Under the pieces are notes generated by a model. That model searched no databases, was not told where the DNA came from, and saw nothing but the letters and a program-made list of their open reading frames with translations. From Solirubrobacterales bacterium (GTDB taxonomy: Bacteria > Actinomycetota > Thermoleophilia > Solirubrobacterales > 70-9), in NCBI GenBank assembly GCA_050697055.1, contig JBOGZE010000351.1, forward strand, positions 1-45,479: 45,479 nt of DNA, read 5' to 3'. The translations under genes were made by a program, and so were the position numbers. Shown here piece after piece: positions 27,072-36,433 of this stretch; within the stretch, counting starts at the first letter, position 1; each line of letters begins with the position of its first letter.

Positions 27072-28486
27072 GCCCGCTCCCCGATCGCCTCGAGCAGCAG
27101 GTGGTAGATGGTCGCCTGCGCCTCCTGGATCCGTGGGATGTAGTCGCTCGGGACGATGAACAGGTGGTCGAGCCAGTCGAGTGCGGCGAGCCGGCCGCCG
27201 TCGTAACCGGCGATCCCGATTGTCAGCATGTGCCGCCGGCGGGCCTCCTCGAGCCCGGCGACGAGGTTGGGGGAGTTGCCGCTGGTGGAGATCGCGACGG
27301 CTACGTCGTGCGCCCGGCCGAGCGGGATCAGCTGCCGGGCGAAGGCCTTGTCGAAGCCGACGTCGTTGCCGACGGCAGTGATCGTGGCGACGTCGTTGTT
27401 CAGCGCCGTCGCGGGCCAGCCGTGGGCCAATGCGTCGGTCGCGAGGTCCTGGGCGTCGGTCGAGGAACCCCCGTTCCCGAACGTGATCAGGTGGCCCCCG
27501 CGCTGGAGGCGCTGCCGGATCTCGGCGGCGCAGCGCTCGACGGCGCCGGTGTCGATCCCCGAGCGCAGCTCGATCACGTCGGCGGCCTTCTGGCGAGTGG
27601 ACGACTCGACATCGGCGAGGACCGAGTCGATGTCGGTCTCCTCGCCTTCCAGGAATGGATAGAGGAAGCCGGTCGGGTCATCCGCGCTTTGGCTTGATGC
27701 TCCCTCCGGGCGCTCGCCCACCGCCGGGTCGCGTTGGCCGGGAGGGACCTTCTCCAGGGCCACCCCCGCGTGGCAGAGCAGCTCGTCGCCGACTTCGACC
27801 CCCTCGACCAGGTCGACGGCGACATCTTCGTGGGCGCCGTCCTTCTCGATCGTCGCGGTGCCGTTGCTGACCGCGACTACGCGCGCCTGCACGGCGATGT
27901 CGCCGCAGGTGATGCAGGCGTCGTCGAGCAGCCCGGGGTGCTCGAAGAAGACGTGGACCAGCTCCCAGAGCACGTGGTAGGCCGTCTCCTGAGTCTCCTG
28001 AACGATCGTGGCGTCCTCGCTCGGGACCTGGAATTCGTATTCGGCGTCGGCCCCGTGGGAGGCTCCAGGGCCGACCATCGCGATCGTCAGCATCCCGCGG
28101 CGACGCGCCTCGAGCAGGAAGGCTGCGATCTCCTCGTCGCCCCGGTCATGAGAGATCGCGAGCGCGATGTCATCGGCTCGGGCCAGCAGGGTGAGCTCCG
28201 CGGCGCCGGTCGGGTCGTTGGTCGGTGCGAGCGCCGGCAGCGCGCGCTTGCCGACGATCACCGGGTGCATGAACTCGACCGCCGCGTGGGCGGCGTCGGT
28301 CGCCGCCGCCCCGGTGCCGAATGGGATCAGGGTCCCGCCACGGGCGAACGAGCGCGCCATCGCGTGGCAGGCCCGGGCGAGCCGGGTCGCCTCGGCGTCG
28401 AAGAAGCCGCGAACGACGCGCTCGCGCTCGGCGATCAGGGCGTCCAGGCGGCCGGCGCCGAGAGTGGTCGTGCTCGGCCGGGCAGC
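27068..28486 (-). CDS. fusion protein: degenerate SIS domain, HypC/HupF-like OB domain, intact SIS (GmhA-like) domain
   Basis: C-terminal SIS: GGHLITFGNGGSSTDAQ ... AISTSGNSPN ... PRIQEAQATIYH. N-terminal SIS-like: GGTLIPFGTGAAATDAAH ... AISHDRGD ... IVQETQETAYH. Middle: CITCGDIAVQARVVAV...VGDELLCHAGVALEKV, which aligns to the HypC encoded next door. TTG at 28486 is the first in-frame start after the hypC stop. ATGA overlap with hypD. Confidence 0.75.
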   Translation of the reverse strand, partial: AARPSTTTLGAGRLDALIAERERVVRGFFDAEATRLARACHAMARSFARGGTLIPFGTGAAATDAAHAAVEFMHPVIVGKRALPALAPTNDPTGAAELTLLARADDIALAISHDRGDEEIAAFLLEARRRGMLTIAMVGPGASHGADAEYEFQVPSEDATIVQETQETAYHVLWELVHVFFEHPGLLDDACITCGDIAVQARVVAVSNGTATIEKDGAHEDVAVDLVEGVEVGDELLCHAGVALEKVPPGQRDPAVGERPEGASSQSADDPTGFLYPFLEGEETDIDSVLADVESSTRQKAADVIELRSGIDTGAVERCAAEIRQRLQRGGHLITFGNGGSSTDAQDLATDALAHGWPATALNNDVATITAVGNDVGFDKAFARQLIPLGRAHDVAVAISTSGNSPNLVAGLEEARRRHMLTIGIAGYDGGRLAALDWLDHLFIVPSDYIPRIQEAQATIYHLLLEAIGERA

Positions 28487-28494
28487 CAATGGTC

Positions 28495-28773
28495 CTACTC
28501 GATCACGCTGGTCTTGAGCTCGGCCAGCTCCTGCTCGTAGGGAGCGCCCAGCGTCTCCAGAAACTGGCGCGTCTGCTTCGCTTCCTCCTCGTCGATCTTC
28601 GACATCGCGAAGCCGACGTGGATCAGAACCCAGTCGCCGATCTCGACCCCGTCCTCGCCCTCGGCCAGAAGGCCCACGTTCACGTTTCGGCGAACGCCGG
28701 AGACCTCGGCCTTGGCGATGTGGTGCTCGGAATCGACGAGTTCGACGATCTGGCCGGGAATGCCTAAACACAT
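28495..28773 (-). CDS. hypC: hydrogenase maturation chaperone HypC
   Basis: Canonical MCLGIPGQIVEL N-terminus, 92 aa. AAGGAGGAG RBS upstream. Confidence 0.93.
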   Translation of the reverse strand: MCLGIPGQIVELVDSEHHIAKAEVSGVRRNVNVGLLAEGEDGVEIGDWVLIHVGFAMSKIDEEEAKQTRQFLETLGAPYEQELAELKTSVIE

Positions 28774-28777
28774 CTTG

Positions 28778-30964
28778 CTAACTCCTCCTTGCCGCGATCG
28801 CGGCCTGTCCGTAGCTGACGCCGCCGTCATTGGGCGGCACTTCGCGATGCTCCAGGACGCGGAAGCCCAAGTCAACGAGTCGGCGCCGCGTGCCTTCGAG
28901 CAGACGAAGATTCTGAAAGCTTCCTCCTGAGAGTACGACGGTGCGCGCCTCCGCCGCCTCCCCGCAGACCGCCGCAGCCACGGCCGTGACGCCCTCGTGG
29001 AAGGCAGCGGCGATCTCGGCGTGCGGACGGCCTACGTCAAGGTCGTCGTGCACGGCCGCGACCAGGTCGGATCCCCTGATCACACCGGCCTCTGTCGAGC
29101 ACGGATATGGCTCCGCCTCCACTTGGCCGGCGAGCTGCTCGAGCTCGATCGCCGCCTGCCCCTCGTAGCTGACACGTTCGCGGACGCCGAGCAGCGCGGC
29201 AACGGCGTCGAAGAGACGCCCCATCCCGGAAGAGAGCGGCGCGTTCACCTTGAGGCTCTCTCGCACCCTGGTCCAGTCGGCGAAGGGAACGGGACGCCCG
29301 GCTCTCTCGAGGTAGGAGGCGGCGGCGCGCCAGGGCTCCCGGATCGCCGCCTCGCCGCCAGGTAGCGCCACCGGCTCCAGATGCGCGACCCGCTCGAAGC
29401 CCTCGAGGTCGCAGCGCAGGAGCTCTCCGCCCCAGAGGGTGCCGTCGGTGCCGTAACCGGTGCCGTCGAAGACCAGCGCCAGCGCCGGGCCGGCCTCCCC
29501 GTGCTCCGCCAGGCACGAGGCGGCATGGGCGTGGTGATGCTGGACCTCGATCAGCTCGCCGGGCTGCTCGCGCGCCCAGCGGGTGGAGAGGTAGTCGGGA
29601 TGCAGGTCGCAGGCGATCACCTCGGCCTGGATCGCCAGCATCTCCAGGTAGAGCTCGAGGTCGGTGCGGAACGCGCGCAGGGCGGCCCCGGAATCGAGAT
29701 CGCCGAGGTGGGGGGAGAGGAAGGCGCGATCGCCGCGGGCGACGCAGAAGGTGCTCTTCAACTCGGCGCCGGCTGCGACGATCGGGCGGCGCGCCGGGAG
29801 AGGAAGCGGCAGCGAGCCTGGCGCGAACCCGCGAGAGCGCCGGACCGGGAAGGCGGCGCGGACGACCGAGTCCTCGCAGCGACGGTGGATGGGCCGGTCG
29901 TGGCTGAGGAACGCGTCCGCGATCCCCCCGAGCCGCTCCCGGGCATCGTCGTCCTCGAATGCGATCGGCTCGTCCGAGTGGTTGCCGCTGGTCATCACCA
30001 GAGGCCCGTCGAAATCGGCGCAGAGCAGATGATGGAGGGGGGTGTACGGCAGCATCACCCCGACCCAGGGGCTGCCAGGCGCGATCGAGGCCGCCAGGGG
30101 CGCCCCCTCGGACCCGCGCGCGATCACGATCGGATGCTCGCGGGACTCCAGCAGCTCGCTCTCGTCGGGCTCGAGGTCCGCGAGCGCCCCGGGCATTGCG
30201 GCCATCACGGCAACCGGCTTCTCCTCGCGGTGCTTGCGCCGGCGCAGGCGGGCGACCGCCAGCTCGCTGGCCGCATCGCAGGCGAGGTGGTAGCCGCCGA
30301 GCCCCTTGACCGCAACGATTGCCCCGTCGTGGAGCAGCCGCACGGCCGCGGCCAGCGCCTCTTCGCCGACCGCCCCGTTCAGCGTGAGCTGGGGACCGCA
30401 GTCCGGACAGGCGATCGGCTCAGCGTGGAAGCGGCGATCGGCAGGATCCTCGTACTCGGAGCGGCAAGCCCGACACATCTCGAAACCGGCCATCGTCGTT
30501 TTGGGCCGGTCGTATGGCGTGCGCTGCACGATCGTGAACCGTGGCCCGCACTGCGTGCAGTTGATGAACGGGTAGCGGAACCGGCGATCGTCCGGATCGA
30601 ACAATTCGGCTAGGCATTGGACGCAGGTGGGGGCATCGGCCGGGACAAGGGCGCTGGCCTGGCCCTCGGCGCTCACCTCGATCCGGAAGTCTCGCTCGCC
30701 CCGCGGCTCGATCGCCTCGGCGACGATCGAATCGACGCGGGCGAGGGACGGCGCCTCCCTGGTCAGGGCGGCGGCGAACTCGTCGAGGGAGCCGGGCGGG
30801 CCCTCGGCCTCCACCACCACCCCCCGTCCATCGTTGAGCACGAATCCCGCGATCCCACTCCGGCTGGCGAGGCCGTGCACAAAGGGGCGGAAGCCGACGC
30901 CCTGGACTACCCCCGTGATCCGAAAGCGGCGCCGCCCCAGAAGATGCTGCGGCGCTACTGCCAT
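28778..30964 (-). CDS. hypF: carbamoyltransferase HypF
   Basis: Acylphosphatase domain (ITGVVQGVGFRPFV), two zinc-finger pairs (CVQC...CTQCGPRF, CRAC...CPDCGPQL), and YrdC-like and Kae1-like domains. Confidence 0.95.
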   Translation of the reverse strand: MAVAPQHLLGRRRFRITGVVQGVGFRPFVHGLASRSGIAGFVLNDGRGVVVEAEGPPGSLDEFAAALTREAPSLARVDSIVAEAIEPRGERDFRIEVSAEGQASALVPADAPTCVQCLAELFDPDDRRFRYPFINCTQCGPRFTIVQRTPYDRPKTTMAGFEMCRACRSEYEDPADRRFHAEPIACPDCGPQLTLNGAVGEEALAAAVRLLHDGAIVAVKGLGGYHLACDAASELAVARLRRRKHREEKPVAVMAAMPGALADLEPDESELLESREHPIVIARGSEGAPLAASIAPGSPWVGVMLPYTPLHHLLCADFDGPLVMTSGNHSDEPIAFEDDDARERLGGIADAFLSHDRPIHRRCEDSVVRAAFPVRRSRGFAPGSLPLPLPARRPIVAAGAELKSTFCVARGDRAFLSPHLGDLDSGAALRAFRTDLELYLEMLAIQAEVIACDLHPDYLSTRWAREQPGELIEVQHHHAHAASCLAEHGEAGPALALVFDGTGYGTDGTLWGGELLRCDLEGFERVAHLEPVALPGGEAAIREPWRAAASYLERAGRPVPFADWTRVRESLKVNAPLSSGMGRLFDAVAALLGVRERVSYEGQAAIELEQLAGQVEAEPYPCSTEAGVIRGSDLVAAVHDDLDVGRPHAEIAAAFHEGVTAVAAAVCGEAAEARTVVLSGGSFQNLRLLEGTRRRLVDLGFRVLEHREVPPNDGGVSYGQAAIAARRS

Positions 30965-30966
30965 GG

Positions 30967-31263
30967 TCAGGTGCCCGCTGAGGCCTTCTCCCTGCCGGGG
31001 GGCTCGCCGGCCCCGCCGGCGGGCTTCTTCCCGGTGACCTCTTCGAGGGCCCCGGCGACCTGCTCCAGGGCGCCGTTGATGTCACCGACCACCGGCCCGA
31101 TCGGCTCGGTCTGCTTCTCGATCGCGCGCACTCCGAAGGTGACCAGCCCGAGGGTGTGTGAGACGCGCCGCAGGATGGTGGCGATCGCGATCAGGTAGAC
31201 AGCCAAGACGACGACCAAGATCGCGAGCTCGACAAGGGTGAGGACGATCAACAGGGTCTCCAT
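30967..31263 (-). CDS. small single-pass membrane protein, paralogue 4 of 4 (98 aa)
   Basis: N-terminal hydrophobic helix, then LRRVSHTLGL... and a helical tail. Its stop lies 2 nt before the hypF ATG. Confidence 0.6.
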   Translation of the reverse strand: METLLIVLTLVELAILVVVLAVYLIAIATILRRVSHTLGLVTFGVRAIEKQTEPIGPVVGDINGALEQVAGALEEVTGKKPAGGAGEPPGREKASAGT

Positions 31264-31542
31264 CTACTTACCTTTCTCCTTTCGCGCGAGCGCCCCGTGG
31301 CGCTCTACCTCCTCCAGCAGCTCCAGTCCGAGCTCCCTCGTGTTTCCAAGCATGTGCGTCGTCTGCGTGTTCCCAGCGACCCGCTTGCCCATAGTCCAGA
31401 CGTCGTCGACGGCCCGCTCCACCTCGTTCACGGTGCGTCTCAGGGCCTCGAGCAGCGCCCAGACGGCCAGGGCGATGACCAGGCCGCCGGCCAGCGACGC
31501 CCACCAGGCGACCTCGACCGAGTTCGAGAGCGCGATCGGCAT
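31264..31542 (-). CDS. small single-pass membrane protein, paralogue 3 of 4 (92 aa)
   Basis: TM helix, then LRRTVNEVERAVDDVW...NTREL. Abuts the next gene with a 0-nt gap. Confidence 0.6.
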   Translation of the reverse strand: MPIALSNSVEVAWWASLAGGLVIALAVWALLEALRRTVNEVERAVDDVWTMGKRVAGNTQTTHMLGNTRELGLELLEEVERHGALARKEKGK

Positions 31543-31814
31543 CAGAGCTTGCCCTTCACGATCTCGAGATAGGCGACGGCGAGGCCGGGCACCACCGTTG
31601 CGAGATCCCGCGTGCGGGCGAGCTCGTCGACGCCGTCGAGGTTGCGGGCGATGCCCAGGCCCCCCTCGAGAATGTCGTCCGCGTAGCCGTCGATCTCCCT
31701 GGCGGGTCGGACGATTCGGTTGAAGAGGGCGAGAACCACCACCAGCAGCACCAGTCCGACCGCGAGCCCGATCAGGGAGAGCACGAAGATCCCGGTGGAG
31801 ACGGCGAGCATCAT
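31542..31814 (-). CDS. small single-pass membrane protein, paralogue 2 of 4 (90 aa)
   Basis: TM helix, then NRIVRPAREIDGYADDIL...RTRDL. Overlapping junctions: ATGA upstream and TGATG downstream. Confidence 0.6.
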   Translation of the reverse strand: MMLAVSTGIFVLSLIGLAVGLVLLVVVLALFNRIVRPAREIDGYADDILEGGLGIARNLDGVDELARTRDLATVVPGLAVAYLEIVKGKL

Positions 31815-32053
31815 CCCGTGAGGGCCTTCCGCGCTGCCGCGAGGCCGCGAGTGATCCGGTCGACCGCCAGGTTGGTGTTCTTCACTTCGTAAAGCGGATC
31901 GGTGTTCTTGCGGGTCCCGTCGAGCGCGGCGGTTATGTCATCCGCCTGGCGCACGATGCGCCGCCCGAGCCCGATGATCGTCAACAGCAGGGTCGCCGCG
32001 AGCACCACCACGACCACGGCGATCATCCAACCGATCAACCACCAGGCGGACAC
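31811..32053 (-). CDS. small single-pass membrane protein, paralogue 1 of 4 (80 aa)
   Basis: GTG start 3 nt after the DUF1059-like stop. TM helix, then RRIVRQADDITAALDG... Confidence 0.6.
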   Translation of the reverse strand: MSAWWLIGWMIAVVVVVLAATLLLTIIGLGRRIVRQADDITAALDGTRKNTDPLYEVKNTNLAVDRITRGLAAARKALTG

Positions 32054-32056
32054 GGG

Positions 32057-32260
32057 TCAGGCCTTCCCCGGCTCCGGCTCGCCCTCGTCCCGTATCACGC
32101 TTTGCGCATATCTGGCAAGGGTCTGCGCCTGGGTCAGGTCGACGCCGTGCTTCTTGCGAGCGTGCTCGACCGCCTGTTGCAGGACCTCCTCCTCGGTCTC
32201 GCCGACGATCTTGGCGTGGCAGGGCACCCCCGCGTCCGAGCACTGAAAGGTCTTCGCCAA
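32057..32260 (-). CDS. DUF1059-like small metal-binding protein (67 aa)
   Basis: AKTFQCSDAGVPCHAKIVGETEEEVLQQAVEHARKKHG matches the DUF1059 pattern. TTG at 32260 lies 5 nt after a GGAGGAG RBS and is preferred over the track start at 32317. Confidence 0.65.
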   Translation of the reverse strand: MAKTFQCSDAGVPCHAKIVGETEEEVLQQAVEHARKKHGVDLTQAQTLARYAQSVIRDEGEPEPGKA

Positions 32261-32310
32261 CTCTTCTCCTCCTCGCCCTGGAAGTTCGTGGATTTCCGAG
32301 GGCTTGGTCG

Positions 32311-32354
32311 AAACCACTATGTGCTTGGCACCACTAGTGGACGAGCACCACTAT
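32311..32354 (-). promoter_or_regulatory. three direct 10-bp repeats at exact 17-bp spacing upstream of the DUF1059-hyp operon
   Basis: On the minus strand: ATAGTGGTGC (32354-32345), CTAGTGGTGC (32337-32328), ATAGTGGTTT (32320-32311). The middle copy is embedded in the palindrome CCACTAGTGG. Confidence 0.55.
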
Positions 32355-32437
32355 ATCTCCCGGCGGCAGCGTCGAATAGGGGAATCGCTAAATCCGAGCG
32401 GGCGATTTCGATGGAACCCAGGAGCGGTCGCCCCTAG

Positions 32438-32610
32438 CCTGCCCTCTTCTCCGAGAAGGATCCGGCCGAGCTTCCCTGGGGCGACCTCGGCGCTGAGGTG
32501 GTGCTCGAGTCCACCGGGCTCTTCCGCAAGCGCGAGGAGGCTAATCGATACGCTGCGTGGAGCTCGCCGAGAAGGTCCTGCAGCCGGCAGCCGTCGGCGC
32601 GAGCGGCTAG
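32438..32610 (+). pseudogene. gap: glyceraldehyde-3-phosphate dehydrogenase relic (internal deletion)
   Basis: [35 protein letters not shown] (32438-32545) matches the GAPDH segment ..ERDPA.LPW..LGVD.V.ESTG.F. An in-frame TAG lies immediately upstream. A frame-shifted tail [13 protein letters not shown]...stop (to 32610) resembles the GAPDH C-terminus. Confidence 0.6.
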
Positions 32611-32642
32611 CGTGGGCCACCACCCGCGTCGTCTCGGGAGTC

Positions 32643-32658
32643 ATAGATAAACAGCTAT
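32643..32658 (+). promoter_or_regulatory. dyad ATAG-N8-CTAT upstream of glpX (candidate LysR/CbbR site)
   Basis: ATAGATAAACAGCTAT sits in an AT-rich island about 85 nt upstream of the glpX GTG. The same dyad type occurs at 34835-34852. Confidence 0.4.
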
Positions 32659-32742
32659 TAATTGGGACCAAGATCCCCTTGATTTCCAATGGAAGCCGGG
32701 GTAGGGTCGCGGCTCCCAAATGGTCGGAAGCGAGGAGAAGTT

Positions 32743-33801
32743 GTGAGCGTTGAGGTGACGTCGGCCGGGCCGATCCCGGTGGATCGCGCACCTGGCCCCG
32801 AGCGTGGCGGAGCGTCGCACGCTCTCTCCGCCCTGGAGCCGGTCGCCCTCGCCGCGACCCGGGCAGCGGCGCTCGCCTGCCAGGAATTCGTCGGCCGCGG
32901 GGACAAGACCGCCGCGGATGCCGCGGCGACCGAGGCGATGCGGTCGGAGCTCTCGACCGCCCCTGGCATCGGAACGGTGGTGATCGGCGAGGGAGAGAAG
33001 GACGAGGCGCCGATGCTCTACAACGGGGAGCAACTGGGCGTCGGCGGGCGCGAGTTCGACATCGCGGTCGATCCGCTGGAGTGCACGACCTTTTGCGCAA
33101 AGGGATTGCCCGGCTCACTCGCCACGATCGCGTTCGCGGAGCGGCGCACTCTGCTGCGGCCGGGTCCCTCCTTCTACATGGACAAGCTCGTGGTCGCCGC
33201 GCCCGCTCGCGACGCCATCGACATCACTGATCGCCCCGAGGCGAATGTCACCCGTATCGCTTCCGCCCTCGGCAAGGCGACTGCCGAGCTTCGCGTGGTG
33301 GTCTTGGACAAGCCCCGCCATGCCGAGCTGATCGGACGGTTGCATCGCACCGGGGTCTCCGTGATCACGCCGGCGGACGGCGACGTGGCGGGTGCGCTCC
33401 AGGCTCTGCTGCCTTCGCTGGAGGCCGACGCGCTGATGGGCATCGGGGGAACGCCCGAGGGCGTGATGACCGCGTGCGCCGCAAAGGCGGTCGGAGCGGG
33501 CATGCAGGCCCGGCTCGCCCCCCAGGATGAAGCGGAGGCTCAGGCGCTCGCCGAGGCGGGCTTGGACACCGATCAGGTCTTCGAGTTGGACGACCTCGTC
33601 GGCGGCTCGGCCTTCTTCGCCGCGACGGGAGTCACCGGCGGCTCCCTGCTCGGTCCCCCAAGGGAAGTGGATGGAGACCTGGTCACCCAGTCGATCCTCG
33701 TCTCCCAGCATTCAGTGAGCTTCGTGGAGGCCCGGCATGCGGGTCACGGGGGACCCACCACGACGACGGATCCATCGAGAGAACACATGGAGGTCGATTA
33801 G
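32743..33801 (+). CDS. glpX: class II fructose-1,6-/sedoheptulose-1,7-bisphosphatase (GlpX type)
   Basis: GRGDKTAADAAATEAMR, VIGEGEKDEAPML, DIAVDPLECTT, GIGGTPEGV. GTG at 32743 lies 5 nt after a GAGGAG RBS. Confidence 0.9.
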   Translation: MSVEVTSAGPIPVDRAPGPERGGASHALSALEPVALAATRAAALACQEFVGRGDKTAADAAATEAMRSELSTAPGIGTVVIGEGEKDEAPMLYNGEQLGVGGREFDIAVDPLECTTFCAKGLPGSLATIAFAERRTLLRPGPSFYMDKLVVAAPARDAIDITDRPEANVTRIASALGKATAELRVVVLDKPRHAELIGRLHRTGVSVITPADGDVAGALQALLPSLEADALMGIGGTPEGVMTACAAKAVGAGMQARLAPQDEAEAQALAEAGLDTDQVFELDDLVGGSAFFAATGVTGGSLLGPPREVDGDLVTQSILVSQHSVSFVEARHAGHGGPTTTTDPSREHMEVD

Positions 33802-33803
33802 CA

Positions 33804-34832
33804 ATGGAGAGAGCAGAGCTCGAGATGACCGCTCAGGCGATGGTGGCCGAGGGCAGGGGCATTCTCGCCGCCGACGAGAGCACGGGCACGATGGACAAGC
33901 GGCTCGAAGGCGTCGGGGTCGCACCCACCGAGGAGGCGCGCCACGCCTTCAGGAACATGGTGCTCACGGCCGACGGCGCCGGGCAGTTCATCAGCGGCGT
34001 GATCATGTACGACGAGACCCTCCGCCAGGCGACCTCCGACGGTATCCCCTTCCCGGAGTATCTGGCGCAGCGTGACGTGCTGCCGGGGATCAAGGTGGAC
34101 ACCGGCGCCAAGCCGCTCGCAGGCTACCCGGAGGAGACGGTCACCGAAGGGCTCGACGGCCTTCGGGAGCGCCTCGGCGAGTACCGTCAGCTCGGCGCGC
34201 GGTTCGCGAAGTGGCGGGCGGTGATCAAGATCGGCCCGGGGCTGCCGACCCTTGGCTGCATCGACGCGAACGCCCATGCGCTCGCCCGCTACGCGGCTCT
34301 CTGCCAGGAGGCCGGGATCGTCCCGATCGTGGAGCCCGAGGTGCTGATGGACGGCGATCACACCATCGATCGCTCGGAGGAGGTCACCACGGAGGTGCTT
34401 CGGGCGGTCTTCGGTCAACTCGCTGATCAGCGAGTGCGGCTCGAGGGGATCGTCCTGAAGCCGAACATGCTGCTCTCCGGTTATGACTGCCCGGAGCAGG
34501 CGAGCGTCGCGGAGGTCGCCGAGCGGACGCTGATCTGCTTTCGGCGCGTGGTGCCTGCCGCGGTGCCCGGGATCGCCTTCCTCTCCGGCGGACAGAGCGA
34601 CGACCTGGCGGCCGCGCACCTCGACGCCATGAACAGGCTCGGCGGAGTTCCCTGGGAGCTGACCTTCTCGTACGGCCGTGCGCTTCTGGCCGCGTGCCTG
34701 AAGACGTGGTCTGGCGACAGCTCCAGGGTTGACGAGGCTCAGGCCACCTATCTCCATCGCGCCCGCTGCACGGCGGCCGCCCGGAACGGCGAGTACAGCG
34801 AGTCGATGGAGAGAGAGCTGGTTGCTTTTTGA
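33804..34832 (+). CDS. fba: class I fructose-bisphosphate aldolase
   Basis: GILAADESTGTMDKRL and the Schiff-base Lys block LEGIVLKPNM are class I (PF00274-type) motifs. Confidence 0.9.
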   Translation: MERAELEMTAQAMVAEGRGILAADESTGTMDKRLEGVGVAPTEEARHAFRNMVLTADGAGQFISGVIMYDETLRQATSDGIPFPEYLAQRDVLPGIKVDTGAKPLAGYPEETVTEGLDGLRERLGEYRQLGARFAKWRAVIKIGPGLPTLGCIDANAHALARYAALCQEAGIVPIVEPEVLMDGDHTIDRSEEVTTEVLRAVFGQLADQRVRLEGIVLKPNMLLSGYDCPEQASVAEVAERTLICFRRVVPAAVPGIAFLSGGQSDDLAAAHLDAMNRLGGVPWELTFSYGRALLAACLKTWSGDSSRVDEAQATYLHRARCTAAARNGEYSESMERELVAF

Positions 34833-34834
34833 TA

Positions 34835-34852
34835 CATAGCTATATCTCTATG
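34835..34852 (+). promoter_or_regulatory. dyad CATAG-N8-CTATG at the head of the AT-rich fba-cbbL spacer
   Basis: CATAGCTATATCTCTATG contains the palindrome ATAGCTAT. The 122-bp spacer (34833-34954) is far more AT-rich than its surroundings. Confidence 0.4.
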
Positions 34853-34864
34853 AAAGAGGAGTGA

Positions 34865-36409
<1,545 letters not shown>

Positions 36410-36433
36410 CACCGCCAAGAAAGAGGCAGACCA

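Noticed and set aside
27068-28771. 567-aa version of the SIS-fusion ORF starting inside hypC
   Set aside because: The first ~95 codons overlap hypC in another frame and translate to Arg-rich low-complexity sequence. TTG at 28486 is the first in-frame start after the hypC stop.
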